Source: Escherichia phage inny | Length of the DNA stretch: 64,000 nt | Sequence record: MN850601.1 | Direction: 5' to 3' (one strand) | In this document: positions 10,718 to 20,111 of the stretch, in pieces | How the letters are laid out: each line of letters opens with the position of its first letter | How positions within the stretch are numbered: position 1 is the first letter of the stretch | Made by a program: the position numbers and the translations under genes | Notes under the pieces: generated by a model | Database searches by the model: none | What the model saw: the letters and a program-made list of their open reading frames with translations, nothing else | What the model was told of the DNA's origin: nothing

Positions 10718-11269
10718 ATGAAAAAAGATGTTATTTACACTGGCTTTGAACTATATCAACCAGAATTGACAGAAGAAAATGTCATCTATCTTTCAATAGG
10801 TGCTGGTTTTCTTAAAGATAAAGATGGTAATGATTGGTACGAAATTCAGAAATATTTATCCAAAAATTACCCTGATGCCTATTTCTTAACTCTAGATCAC
10901 AACAATGTAGTTGTTGCAGCTACGAAAGATGTTTCTACATATTTTCCCGCTGGTCTTACTGTTCTTGTAACATACAATGTTCCAGATAAAATAGAAGAAG
11001 AAAGCAACCTAGGGTCGTGGAGATATGACAATGGTAAGTTTATTTCTCATAATGGGTTTGCAATAGAAGATGCCAACCTTAAAATGGAAAAAGAATTAAC
11101 TTGGGCCACAAATCAAATATCTGCAATTCAAGATTTAGAGGAATTACAAGGTTTATCTGAAGAACAAAAAGATTGGTTAGGAAAAGTTAAACTCTATCGT
11201 GCAACATTAATTCAAATTAACGTTGAAGATGCACCTAATATAACTTGGCCTACAAGACCTAAGAAATAG
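10718..11269 (+). CDS. tail fiber assembly protein (Tfa-like)
   Basis: 183 aa; C-terminal KLYRATLIQINVEDAPNITWPTRP resembles Tfa family C-terminus. Confidence 0.5.
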   Translation: MKKDVIYTGFELYQPELTEENVIYLSIGAGFLKDKDGNDWYEIQKYLSKNYPDAYFLTLDHNNVVVAATKDVSTYFPAGLTVLVTYNVPDKIEEESNLGSWRYDNGKFISHNGFAIEDANLKMEKELTWATNQISAIQDLEELQGLSEEQKDWLGKVKLYRATLIQINVEDAPNITWPTRPKK

Positions 11270-11278
11270 GGGCAATGT

Positions 11279-11620
11279 ATGGAGCTAACAGAAGTATGGG
11301 ATATCGCTAAAGAGGCGATTATCCCTCTTATTGGCGTAATCTGGGTGGTCTTCAAACAGAAGATAGATGATATGGCAAGTGATTTGGATAAAATGGAAGA
11401 CAAATACCGCGAACTAGAAAAGAAGTTGGTGTTTGTTGAATCCACTTATGCTACCAAAGCAGAACTTGCTCAAATGCTTAACCAGATCAACTCTACATTA
11501 ATGGCAAATAATACTGCCTTAGAACAGAAGATTGAAAAAATAATGGATTTAAAAAATGCTCCTGTTCAATTAATGCTAGAGGAGATTACAAAGCGCACAC
11601 AAAGTAAGGACAAAAATTAA
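11279..11620 (+). CDS. hypothetical protein, N-terminal hydrophobic helix plus coiled coil
   Basis: 113 aa; IIPLIGVIWVVF helix then heptad-like charged region; ATGG overlap with next gene. Confidence 0.4.
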   Translation: MELTEVWDIAKEAIIPLIGVIWVVFKQKIDDMASDLDKMEDKYRELEKKLVFVESTYATKAELAQMLNQINSTLMANNTALEQKIEKIMDLKNAPVQLMLEEITKRTQSKDKN

Positions 11621-14034
11621 TGGCGAATTTTCCAACATATCCTGCTACGACACTAGAACAAGGTGTTGATCTGGTTATATTCTCGTCTAACCAGATGCAT
11701 GATGTTATTAATGGGGATGCTACAGCAACTGTAGAAACCGAAACAGGTTTAATACCTACACTGCGTAAAGCACTTGTTGATAACTTCTTCTTTAAGAGTC
11801 CTGTTGCTTGGTCAGCAGGATCAACTGAAACTGTATTTAACCAGTTACGTTATTTTGAAAACGGTATCTTGAGTGGGTACTATTATGCCCCATCTGCCAC
11901 TACTGCGAACCCTGTACCTATGCAGGGCACACCTGTAGGGGACAGTAACTGGACTCTGTACGCTCTTAAAACTGAACAGTTAGCTTCAGATGTGTATCCT
12001 TGGTATTTTAAAGGTGCTACAGGATATGAAACAGAAATCAGTCCTCCTTATATCTTTGATAATGCTATTGTCACCATTAACGGTGTAATTCAGATTCAAG
12101 GTGAAGCATTTACTATCAAAGATAGTAAAATTATTCTGGCAGAACCATTAGGTTTAGATCCGTCTACTGGTCTACCTAACAAATTGTTTGCTTTTATTGG
12201 TAAAACAACAGCCTCTACTTCTTACGTAGAGAAAAACCTTTTGTCATCTACCACTGGTGCAGCAATGGTTGGTCTTCCATCTGGAGGCAACCTGTTACAA
12301 GCTCAATACTTTGTAACGCCTGAGCAGTTTGGTGCAATTGGTGATGGAGTTACCGATGATACTCAAGCAATTTTAAAAACTATTACTTTCGCTAACACGA
12401 ATAACATTCAAGTACGTGCAGATAAGAATTATAGATTCACAAGCTCAATTGCTATGTCTGGTATTCGTTGGTATGGTGGTACATTCACTGGTAACGGTGG
12501 AACAATGATTTCTACTGTGTCCTGTTGGATGGAAAACGTTCGCTTTGAAAAATGTTATGTTAAGATGTTAGGTGGTGATTGCCGATTCTATCGTAATATC
12601 TTCTCCAACGCAACATCTACAGCAGCATTCTTAATGCAAGCAATGACAAGTGAAGGTACGTTGGACTTCAGTTACAACGAAATGTATGGTTGTAAATATG
12701 CGATCCTGCAACAAGGTACTGGAGAAGTAATGACCTACGGGCGTTACTCTAACAACTATATTCACGATATTAAAGGTGATGCTATTGAACTTAACGTAGT
12801 TCAAAAACACTACACTGAAGGTTTGATTATCGAGAATAACCACATTGCTAACGTAGATGCTTCTGGACAAGGGGCAAACTGGGGTATTGGTATTGGTGTA
12901 GCAGGTAGTGGCCCATATGGTGTTGATGTTCCTGATTCACAATATGTACGTAACTTCAGTATCGTTGGGAATAGGGTTTACAATTGCCGTCAATGTTTAC
13001 ACGTTGAAATGGGTAAAAACTTCACAATACGTGATAATGAAGTTTATCCTAACACAGCAGTTTCAACAGGTACAGGTTTAACTACTTGTGGTGTTGCATT
13101 ATACGGATGCCAAGATTTTGAAGTTGATGGTTTAACTGGTTATCTGCTTAATGATCCGTCTGTTTCAACACGCATGGTCTTTATTGATTGGGGTGTTAAC
13201 AGTGGAAGATATGCGGGGCCACCAATTAACTTTACAATTAAGAATTTGGATATTCCAGAATCCTCAATTGAGATTGCAACCTCTGGATCAGATGCTTGGG
13301 AAAACTCTACAATTGTTAGTAATATCAATTGTAATGTTTTTAAATGGCGTGGGCTACCATCTAGCTCTACTTTTAATAATATTCGTTGCCGTAGTATTGA
13401 CTTTATTGGTCAACACGGAAGCGGAGAAGGAAGTGGTGGCGGTTTCTATACTCGCAGCCAATTCACGTATATGAAGTGGGTAGGATGTACAGCACTTAGC
13501 GGAGATGAAACAACAGTTTCTTTTGCTAAAATCTACACTGATCGTTGCGATCAGGTTGGAAATAACTTTGGTGTTCCAACTGCTGTTGATGGTACAGGTC
13601 ATCGTGGGCCAGTTTTAACTACTATTTCTGAACAATATTTTACAGCTTATGATGAATTCCCAGGTGGGCGTGAATTCCCTACTGGAACAGTTATTCATTG
13701 TGCAAGCGGTAAAAAACATGTTGTTACAGTAGGTGGTGCTTTCTTTAGTGCCAACGAGAAAATAAAAGCAACTGTTACAGGTCAAACCTATCTACAGTCT
13801 AATGCTTTAAACTGGGCTAGTAATGGCTACGCTAAAGCAGCAGGTACTAAAATTGTTATTCCAGGTGCAGGTGCAAATGGCGGCGATCTTGTGACAACTA
13901 TAGCACGTGCTACATACGTGACAAATAGTTTGTACACAATAGATATTGCAGATCCAATTGTAACACCTACAGCAGAGAATACACAAATTAAAGCTCTGAA
14001 TCCTGTTACTTTTGTTACTGTCAACAATGCTTAA
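11620..14034 (+). CDS. tailspike with right-handed beta-helix (pectate-lyase-like) domain, putative depolymerase
   Basis: 804 aa; FGAIGDGVTDDTQAI motif typical of pectate lyase superfamily beta-helix proteins; repetitive beta-rich body. Confidence 0.65.
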   Translation: MANFPTYPATTLEQGVDLVIFSSNQMHDVINGDATATVETETGLIPTLRKALVDNFFFKSPVAWSAGSTETVFNQLRYFENGILSGYYYAPSATTANPVPMQGTPVGDSNWTLYALKTEQLASDVYPWYFKGATGYETEISPPYIFDNAIVTINGVIQIQGEAFTIKDSKIILAEPLGLDPSTGLPNKLFAFIGKTTASTSYVEKNLLSSTTGAAMVGLPSGGNLLQAQYFVTPEQFGAIGDGVTDDTQAILKTITFANTNNIQVRADKNYRFTSSIAMSGIRWYGGTFTGNGGTMISTVSCWMENVRFEKCYVKMLGGDCRFYRNIFSNATSTAAFLMQAMTSEGTLDFSYNEMYGCKYAILQQGTGEVMTYGRYSNNYIHDIKGDAIELNVVQKHYTEGLIIENNHIANVDASGQGANWGIGIGVAGSGPYGVDVPDSQYVRNFSIVGNRVYNCRQCLHVEMGKNFTIRDNEVYPNTAVSTGTGLTTCGVALYGCQDFEVDGLTGYLLNDPSVSTRMVFIDWGVNSGRYAGPPINFTIKNLDIPESSIEIATSGSDAWENSTIVSNINCNVFKWRGLPSSSTFNNIRCRSIDFIGQHGSGEGSGGGFYTRSQFTYMKWVGCTALSGDETTVSFAKIYTDRCDQVGNNFGVPTAVDGTGHRGPVLTTISEQYFTAYDEFPGGREFPTGTVIHCASGKKHVVTVGGAFFSANEKIKATVTGQTYLQSNALNWASNGYAKAAGTKIVIPGAGANGGDLVTTIARATYVTNSLYTIDIADPIVTPTAENTQIKALNPVTFVTVNNA

Positions 14035-14037
14035 TTA

Positions 14038-14060
14038 AAAAGGGGCGAAAGCCCCTTTAT
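14038..14060 (+). terminator. rho-independent terminator
   Basis: AGGGGC-GAAA-GCCCCT hairpin followed by TTTAT, directly after tailspike stop. Confidence 0.6.
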
Positions 14061-14075
14061 AAAAGGAGTAGTAAA

Positions 14076-16037
14076 GTGATTTTAACACGTCCAAATAGTG
14101 CCATTGCAGACATGGTAGAGTCTCGCTATAGAAAGCGTAGAAGTTTTGCAAGTGGTTTTACCTTAAGAGATGCTCGTGAAGCATTGCTCTTTGAAACTGA
14201 CGGTAACTACTATCAGTGGAAAGGTTCTCTACCTAAAGTTGTACCTGCTAACTCTACTCCTACATCTACTGGAGGGATTTCAGATACAGCTTGGAAAAAT
14301 GTGGGTAATGCAGATGACATTGCTCAAATAGAATCAGAATTAGATGCTATTGAAGCTGAAATTGAAGATCTTAGAGAATCCATTCCAGAAGCTGGTAAAT
14401 CAGCTTACCAGATTGCCGTAGACAATGGTTTCCAAGGTACTGAGACAGACTGGTTGGCTTCTTTAAAAGGTGATCCAGGTGCTCCATTAAAGCTGCTAGG
14501 GACGCTATCTAATACCAACCAATTACCTACAACTGGAAACAATGCAGGAGATGCATGGATTGTAGGCGAGAATATGTATGCTTGGGATGGTACTGCTTGG
14601 AGAAAAGTAAACTCACAGGGGCCAGAAGGTAAATCAGCTTATCAAGTTTGGCTTGCAGCAGGAAACCAAGGTACAGAACTAGATTATCTTGCTTCAATTA
14701 AAGGTGATAAAGGGGAGCCTGGCCCAGAGGGGCCACAAGGTGTGCCAGGTAACAATGCTAATGGTTTTGATTACCAAGGTGCAGCTAATTCCGTTTCAGA
14801 TCTTCCTTCTGCATCTCCTGGAAACACATCTCAAGCATGGAGTATTGGTACATATCTATACGTGTCAAACGGTGTAGAATGGATCAATATGGGTGCTATA
14901 GTGGGGCCAAAAGGAGATAAAGGCGACAAAGGAGATAAGGGTAACACTGGTGATTCAGCTTATCAAGTCTGGTTAAATGCTGGTAACGTTGGTACTATTG
15001 ACGAATATATTGCCTCTCTGAAAGGAGAAAAAGGTGATAAGGGAGACAAGGGTGATCAAGGTGAGCAGGGTATACAAGGCTTGACGGGGCCAACTGGTGC
15101 AGGGTTGACCATTATTGATATTCTGACTGACACTTCTGAACTACCAGGAACTGGAGAAGATGGTGATGGTTATCTGATCAATAATGAACTTTGGGTTTGG
15201 TTGCAAGGAGCCACACAGTGGACAAATGTTGGTCGTTTAGCTGGTACTCCAATCACTGCAAAAGGACACGTTGCATCTGCAAGTGCACTTCCTCCTACAT
15301 CCAATTACGGTGATGCTTATCTGACGGAAGATACAGGTCATCTTTACATTTACACCTATGATGAACAAACTCAAACTGCTGAATATGTAGATATGGGTAG
15401 TTTGAAAGGTGATAAGGGTGAGAAAGGTGACGCTGGTACTAACGGTACGGATGGCGCAACTTGGATTGTTAAAACAACAGATCCAATCTCTAGGGATGGT
15501 AAACAAGGGGATTATGCCTTTAATATCTCCACTGGCGAGGTGTTCTTAAAAACATCTGCAACTGTCTGGACTTCTCAAGGTACACTACCTAGCATCACAG
15601 ATGCACCTAGTGACGGTAAAATCTATGCTCGTAAAGATGGAGCATGGGAAGAACTCACTAGTTCTGTAGATGGTCAAGATATAGTTCCAACAAAAGTAAC
15701 AACTAATTTTATAGAGGTTACAGCATACACCAACAACTCTGTTACAGGGGACTGGACACCTCCAGGAACACATAACATGAATGTGTTGAATCTTACTGGT
15801 AACTCTACTATAAAAGCATGGCCTGGTGTCGAAGATAGCACAAAACCTAAACCATTCTCTGCAATAGTTTATCTTATCCAAGATGCCACTGGGGGTCGTA
15901 CTGTTACTTTAGACCCATCTTACAAAGTAATTGGTTCTAGTGATATTAATACAGATCCTAACGGAGTAACAATACTACAACTAACATATTGTGGTGTTGG
16001 TGATTACGTGGATGCTATTGTTGCTAAACGCACATAA
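14076..16037 (+). CDS. tail fiber with collagen-like G-X-Y repeats
   Basis: 653 aa, GTG start with AAAAGGAG RBS; runs GDKGDKGDKG and GEKGDKGDKGDQGEQGIQGLTGPTG; threefold repeat of SAYQ(I/V)..(N/D).G.QGTE.D(W/Y)LAS(L/I)KG. Confidence 0.65.
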   Translation: MILTRPNSAIADMVESRYRKRRSFASGFTLRDAREALLFETDGNYYQWKGSLPKVVPANSTPTSTGGISDTAWKNVGNADDIAQIESELDAIEAEIEDLRESIPEAGKSAYQIAVDNGFQGTETDWLASLKGDPGAPLKLLGTLSNTNQLPTTGNNAGDAWIVGENMYAWDGTAWRKVNSQGPEGKSAYQVWLAAGNQGTELDYLASIKGDKGEPGPEGPQGVPGNNANGFDYQGAANSVSDLPSASPGNTSQAWSIGTYLYVSNGVEWINMGAIVGPKGDKGDKGDKGNTGDSAYQVWLNAGNVGTIDEYIASLKGEKGDKGDKGDQGEQGIQGLTGPTGAGLTIIDILTDTSELPGTGEDGDGYLINNELWVWLQGATQWTNVGRLAGTPITAKGHVASASALPPTSNYGDAYLTEDTGHLYIYTYDEQTQTAEYVDMGSLKGDKGEKGDAGTNGTDGATWIVKTTDPISRDGKQGDYAFNISTGEVFLKTSATVWTSQGTLPSITDAPSDGKIYARKDGAWEELTSSVDGQDIVPTKVTTNFIEVTAYTNNSVTGDWTPPGTHNMNVLNLTGNSTIKAWPGVEDSTKPKPFSAIVYLIQDATGGRTVTLDPSYKVIGSSDINTDPNGVTILQLTYCGVGDYVDAIVAKRT

Positions 16038-16039
16038 TC

Positions 16040-16065
16040 AAAGCCCCTTCGGGGGCTTATTGTTT
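16040..16065 (+). terminator. rho-independent terminator
   Basis: AAGCCCC-TTCG-GGGGCTT hairpin followed by ATTGTTT. Confidence 0.55.
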
Positions 16066-16076
16066 AAGGAGATTAA

Positions 16077-18896
16077 ATGTATCCTATTCCTTTATTTATG
16101 TCAACAACATCAGCTTCAGTAGTAACAGCTACATCTATAACTACTTCCTCTATTGGTATTGCAATAGTTGGTGGTAAAAAACAACTGACATACACAGTTA
16201 CACCGGAAGATGGTGCATTATTTGATATAGCTTTTTCATCTTCAGATAATACCAAAATGGTTATAGATAATAGTGGTATGATGGAGTTTGTTGCCGAAGG
16301 TGGTTTTGATGCAATAATGACAGCTAAAAATAATTTAGGTGCTGTCTTAACTGATCAATCTGGTGGTTATGCTTCAGAATTAAGTGTGTACACTGAAAGT
16401 CTATCGGCTATGGATGTAGGCACTACTCAACAGTTGGTTGCTACAATCAGTCCAGAAGGTGCTAAAGACCTTCCAGATATGGTAATTACATACACCACAA
16501 CAGATCCAGAAGTAGCTACTGTAAGCCCTACAGGGTTAATAACTGCTCTTAAAGATGGCGGTTGCCGTATAGGTTGTACTGCAACGTATCAAGGAACAGT
16601 TGTGGCCTCTGATAGTTCTTATTTAGGTGTTAATGCTATTCCTGTTATTTCTAATGTAACAGCCGTGGCAAACAGCTATGGAGACGTTCGTGTTGCTTGG
16701 GATGTAACTGATCCTCTAGATGGTGATACTTATACTGTAGAAGTATTAGATTTAAGTAATAATAGTGTTCAGTGGACTACAACAACCACGAATACTCATG
16801 CTTACTTTGATATCTCTGACTCTATTCCTCTTTATGGGTTTGCTCCAACATACCTTAAAATTAGCGTTAAGAGCACCAAAGCAGCAGCCGTTATCTTTAA
16901 TAACTCAATAGCTACAGATGATTCGTTCATTAAAGAAGTTATTGTCTTTGCTGGACAAGATAACGTAAATGCACACTTTACAGAACTATCTGGTGCAAAT
17001 AAAGCAGCAATGGGTAGCACAACAGCCCGTAATGCATATGCTACGCAACGTGGTTTAGCAAATGCTGAAGTTCTTCCGTTAAATACAGCTTCTGGATCAT
17101 CAGCAGCAGATAAATATGCTGACGATAAAGCTGGAACAGGTACACCAGATAACTACTGGTATGATCTGGATAACACAGCAGATGGGCCATGCTTAACTAA
17201 CTTTATCACTAAAGTCACACCTTATGCAAGTAAGGTTAAAGCAATTATTTGGGGACAAGGTGAAAATGATGCTGTATCAGCATCTTCGACTGTTGCAGGT
17301 AGGTACAGTAACACTACACGTTACCATGATGCTACGATAGCTATCTTTGATAAGATGCGTACAATAGTTCCTGCTTCTCAAGCAAAAATTGTTTGGCAGA
17401 TCCTAGGACGTTCTTATTTATATGGTGTAGAAGTTAATGGTGTGGATTGGCAGAAGTACAGAAATGTACAAAGAACCATCTCTACAGCACGTGATGATGT
17501 TATCATTGGTTCTTGGGTAGATGGTGCTGAACGTTACAGTGGTTATGTTTATGAAGAAGGTATTGATGGTCGTATCCATTATATTTCTTCTGTATACCAA
17601 ACAGCAGCTACAAAACTTGCTAAATCAGCAGCAGACGGTACAGACTTAACATCAACGTCACCTGTTTGGGTTGATATGGCTGTTCCAACTGGAGCAACAG
17701 CTACTTCCCAACCTAATCAAGATACAATTTTAGCATGGGATGCTCAAGGCTATAGTAAACACTACTTCCGTAATATTAACGTCTTAACCGCATCTGTATT
17801 AACTGAACAAACGCTTAATACGAACAGTTATACGTTTACCTATGCAGATCAAGTAGAACAATATGGTTTTGCAGCAGGAACTACTATATTTGATGTTGCA
17901 TATTATGACGAAGCAAATGATGTGTTATCTCCTTTAGTACGTTTTAATGTTAACGTTACAGCAGGAACCGTAGAAGATAAACCTGTCGTGATGGACTATG
18001 ATTTGACGCAAGAAACTCTTCCATCAGATGTTAAGGTTAATGGTGGGAACTCTTTTGCTCGTGCTTCTGGAGATATACTTGTAGCCACTAACACCTTGGT
18101 TGCTCCGTTGGAGTATGTTGGTAATACCCCTGTAGGTAGACGTGTAACAGCTAACACAGCTTCACAAATTTTTGTCAACAACGCCTTAACAAGTGCAAGC
18201 CCGTGGGTAAAGACCAACTTAACTGTTGCAGCTTCATCTGATAAATCTCCGGCTGGAACTACTGCCAATGTATTCAAATTAACTCCGACTACAACCTCTG
18301 GTAGTCATATCTTAACTGCAACATATACTAACGCGTACAACATATCTGCCGGACGTAACTGGTCTGCCTCTGTTTTCTTGAAAGCAAACGGGATTACTAA
18401 GGCCAAACTAAGATTAAAAGCAGGAACTGAAGTTAATGAGGGTACTTTTGATTTAGCAGCAGGTACATTCACAGGAAGTGAAGCTAATATTATATCTATG
18501 GGCAACGGTTGGTATCGTGCTATTCTGCATAAAACAGGGATAGCCAAACAGTCCTTCATAAGTTTTGAAATAATTGCCTTGGATGCAACTGGTGCGGAGA
18601 TTTTCGCTGGAGATGGTACTAGTAACCTTGCAGTTTGGTTGCCACAGCTTGAAGGTGCTTCTACAGGAGAAACATCAAAAGCTGGATCGCCTTATGTCTG
18701 CACATATCCTGGAAATTTAGGAGGAGTATCCTTCACTATACCAAGGAACGGACATACTGGTGTGGATGTTTACTATTCCAACGGAGACGTTGTTCGTGAC
18801 GTATTCTCTGGTACGGCATCTACTTGGACAATAAACTACTCCAGTTTGTACGATTGGGGATCAGTCTTTATTACAGGTTTGAAATATTACGACTAA
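16077..18896 (+). CDS. tail spike/fiber with Ig-like domain and SASA/SGNH-type carbohydrate esterase-like domain
   Basis: 939 aa; Big_2-like segment (TYTTTDPEVATVSPTGLITALKDG); esterase-like VIVFAGQDNVNAHF and IIWGQGENDA. Confidence 0.6.
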   Translation: MYPIPLFMSTTSASVVTATSITTSSIGIAIVGGKKQLTYTVTPEDGALFDIAFSSSDNTKMVIDNSGMMEFVAEGGFDAIMTAKNNLGAVLTDQSGGYASELSVYTESLSAMDVGTTQQLVATISPEGAKDLPDMVITYTTTDPEVATVSPTGLITALKDGGCRIGCTATYQGTVVASDSSYLGVNAIPVISNVTAVANSYGDVRVAWDVTDPLDGDTYTVEVLDLSNNSVQWTTTTTNTHAYFDISDSIPLYGFAPTYLKISVKSTKAAAVIFNNSIATDDSFIKEVIVFAGQDNVNAHFTELSGANKAAMGSTTARNAYATQRGLANAEVLPLNTASGSSAADKYADDKAGTGTPDNYWYDLDNTADGPCLTNFITKVTPYASKVKAIIWGQGENDAVSASSTVAGRYSNTTRYHDATIAIFDKMRTIVPASQAKIVWQILGRSYLYGVEVNGVDWQKYRNVQRTISTARDDVIIGSWVDGAERYSGYVYEEGIDGRIHYISSVYQTAATKLAKSAADGTDLTSTSPVWVDMAVPTGATATSQPNQDTILAWDAQGYSKHYFRNINVLTASVLTEQTLNTNSYTFTYADQVEQYGFAAGTTIFDVAYYDEANDVLSPLVRFNVNVTAGTVEDKPVVMDYDLTQETLPSDVKVNGGNSFARASGDILVATNTLVAPLEYVGNTPVGRRVTANTASQIFVNNALTSASPWVKTNLTVAASSDKSPAGTTANVFKLTPTTTSGSHILTATYTNAYNISAGRNWSASVFLKANGITKAKLRLKAGTEVNEGTFDLAAGTFTGSEANIISMGNGWYRAILHKTGIAKQSFISFEIIALDATGAEIFAGDGTSNLAVWLPQLEGASTGETSKAGSPYVCTYPGNLGGVSFTIPRNGHTGVDVYYSNGDVVRDVFSGTASTWTINYSSLYDWGSVFITGLKYYD

Positions 18897-18897
18897 T

Positions 18898-18928
18898 AAA
18901 AAAGGAGCCATTAGGCTCCTTTTCTTTT
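18898..18928. terminator. bidirectional terminator at structural/early block boundary
   Basis: GGAGCC-ATTA-GGCTCC hairpin flanked by A-run upstream and T-run downstream; sits between convergent genes. Confidence 0.6.
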
Positions 18929-18931
18929 ATC

Positions 18932-19363
18932 TTAATCAGTGAAAATTACGCTTACATCTTCTTTAGAGAAGAGTTTATGATCTTCACCTTTTGTCTCAAG
19001 AGTTTCATACAGGTTAAGAAGTTCTGAAACATCTTTCTCTACCAGTTTCTTCAATGTTGCAATTTTCTGTTTGCGACTCTTAATACGTTCAGCTACAACC
19101 TTACGCTGGTATCCGGCAGTACGATAACCTGAGAAAGTTACACCAGTGAGACTTGCAGTTACAGGATCGTAGTGACGTTCAATCTGAAACTTATTAAAAG
19201 GTACAGCGTCATCACGAATAATCTTACCGCCATTACTTACCTGACGAAGACCAGTAACTTGTTCCAGTCGTGCCATAGAAATCTTTGGAGACAGACCAGA
19301 GTCCAGGTTCATACCGTTGTTAATCAGTGCTTTCAGGGTGATTTTGCTGTTCAGTGTACTCAT
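18932..19363 (-). CDS. hypothetical protein
   Basis: 143 aa; GGAGG RBS located inside 3' end of upstream MTase gene, 44-nt overlap. Confidence 0.45.
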   Translation of the reverse strand: MSTLNSKITLKALINNGMNLDSGLSPKISMARLEQVTGLRQVSNGGKIIRDDAVPFNKFQIERHYDPVTASLTGVTFSGYRTAGYQRKVVAERIKSRKQKIATLKKLVEKDVSELLNLYETLETKGEDHKLFSKEDVSVIFTD

Positions 19364-20051
19364 TTAGTCGTTCCTCCGCTTGCTTAAAAATATTTACATC
19401 GGCTTCACAGCCTAAGTATTCTCTACCTGTTAAAAGTGCCGCAACTTGTGTTGTTGCACTTCCAGAGAAGAAGTCTAAGACTACATCTCCTTCGTTGGTG
19501 TGTATATTAATAAGGTCACAAAACAAAGTCAAGTGTTTTTGTGTTGGATGAAAACGATCTGCTCCTTGATAGATAGGATACTCAAACACACCCTTATGGT
19601 AGGAAGCATTGAAGGTTGGCTTCGAACCTTTAACACAAACAATAGCCATCTCTTTAGCGTTACTAAGATAGTTAACACCACTGTTGATGGGTACAGGGTT
19701 TGTTTTAATCCATTCGATAGTACGGAACATACGAAAACCAAGCGGTTCAAGGATTTCACGTAGCTCCTGGATCTTCCAGATATCATACCAAACTATGCAA
19801 GTACCACCTTTTCTAAGCACCCTGTAGGCTTCTTTGAATACTTCTTTAAAATAAGGAATATCTACAACATCCCAATCACCGAAGTTGTAAGATACACGGA
19901 ATCTATCCGTATCTTTTCCAGTAGGCTCTCCAGACTGAAAATTTGTGTCACGAGAAATAGCATATGGTGGGTCAGTAAGAATCAAATCTACACTATTGCT
20001 TTCGAGGGTTTGCAGGTAGTTTAATGCAGTGTTGTTTACAAATTCGCTCAT
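19320..20051 (-). CDS. DNA methyltransferase (amino-MTase; N6-adenine or N4-cytosine)
   Basis: N-terminal LILTDPPYAI (DPPY motif IV) and C-terminal VVLDFFSGSATT (FxGxG motif I); no adjacent restriction gene seen. Confidence 0.8.
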   Translation of the reverse strand: MSEFVNNTALNYLQTLESNSVDLILTDPPYAISRDTNFQSGEPTGKDTDRFRVSYNFGDWDVVDIPYFKEVFKEAYRVLRKGGTCIVWYDIWKIQELREILEPLGFRMFRTIEWIKTNPVPINSGVNYLSNAKEMAIVCVKGSKPTFNASYHKGVFEYPIYQGADRFHPTQKHLTLFCDLINIHTNEGDVVLDFFSGSATTQVAALLTGREYLGCEADVNIFKQAEERLNEYTEQQNHPESTD

Positions 20052-20065
20052 TATATCTCCTTCAA

Positions 20066-20092
20066 AGAAAAGGAGCCGTTAGGCTCCTTATA
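20066..20092 (-). terminator. rho-independent terminator downstream of SSB gene
   Basis: GGAGCC-(GTTA)-GGCTCC hairpin followed on minus strand by TTTTCTTT. Confidence 0.5.
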
Positions 20093-20111
20093 TTCACACA
20101 ATACTTAACTA

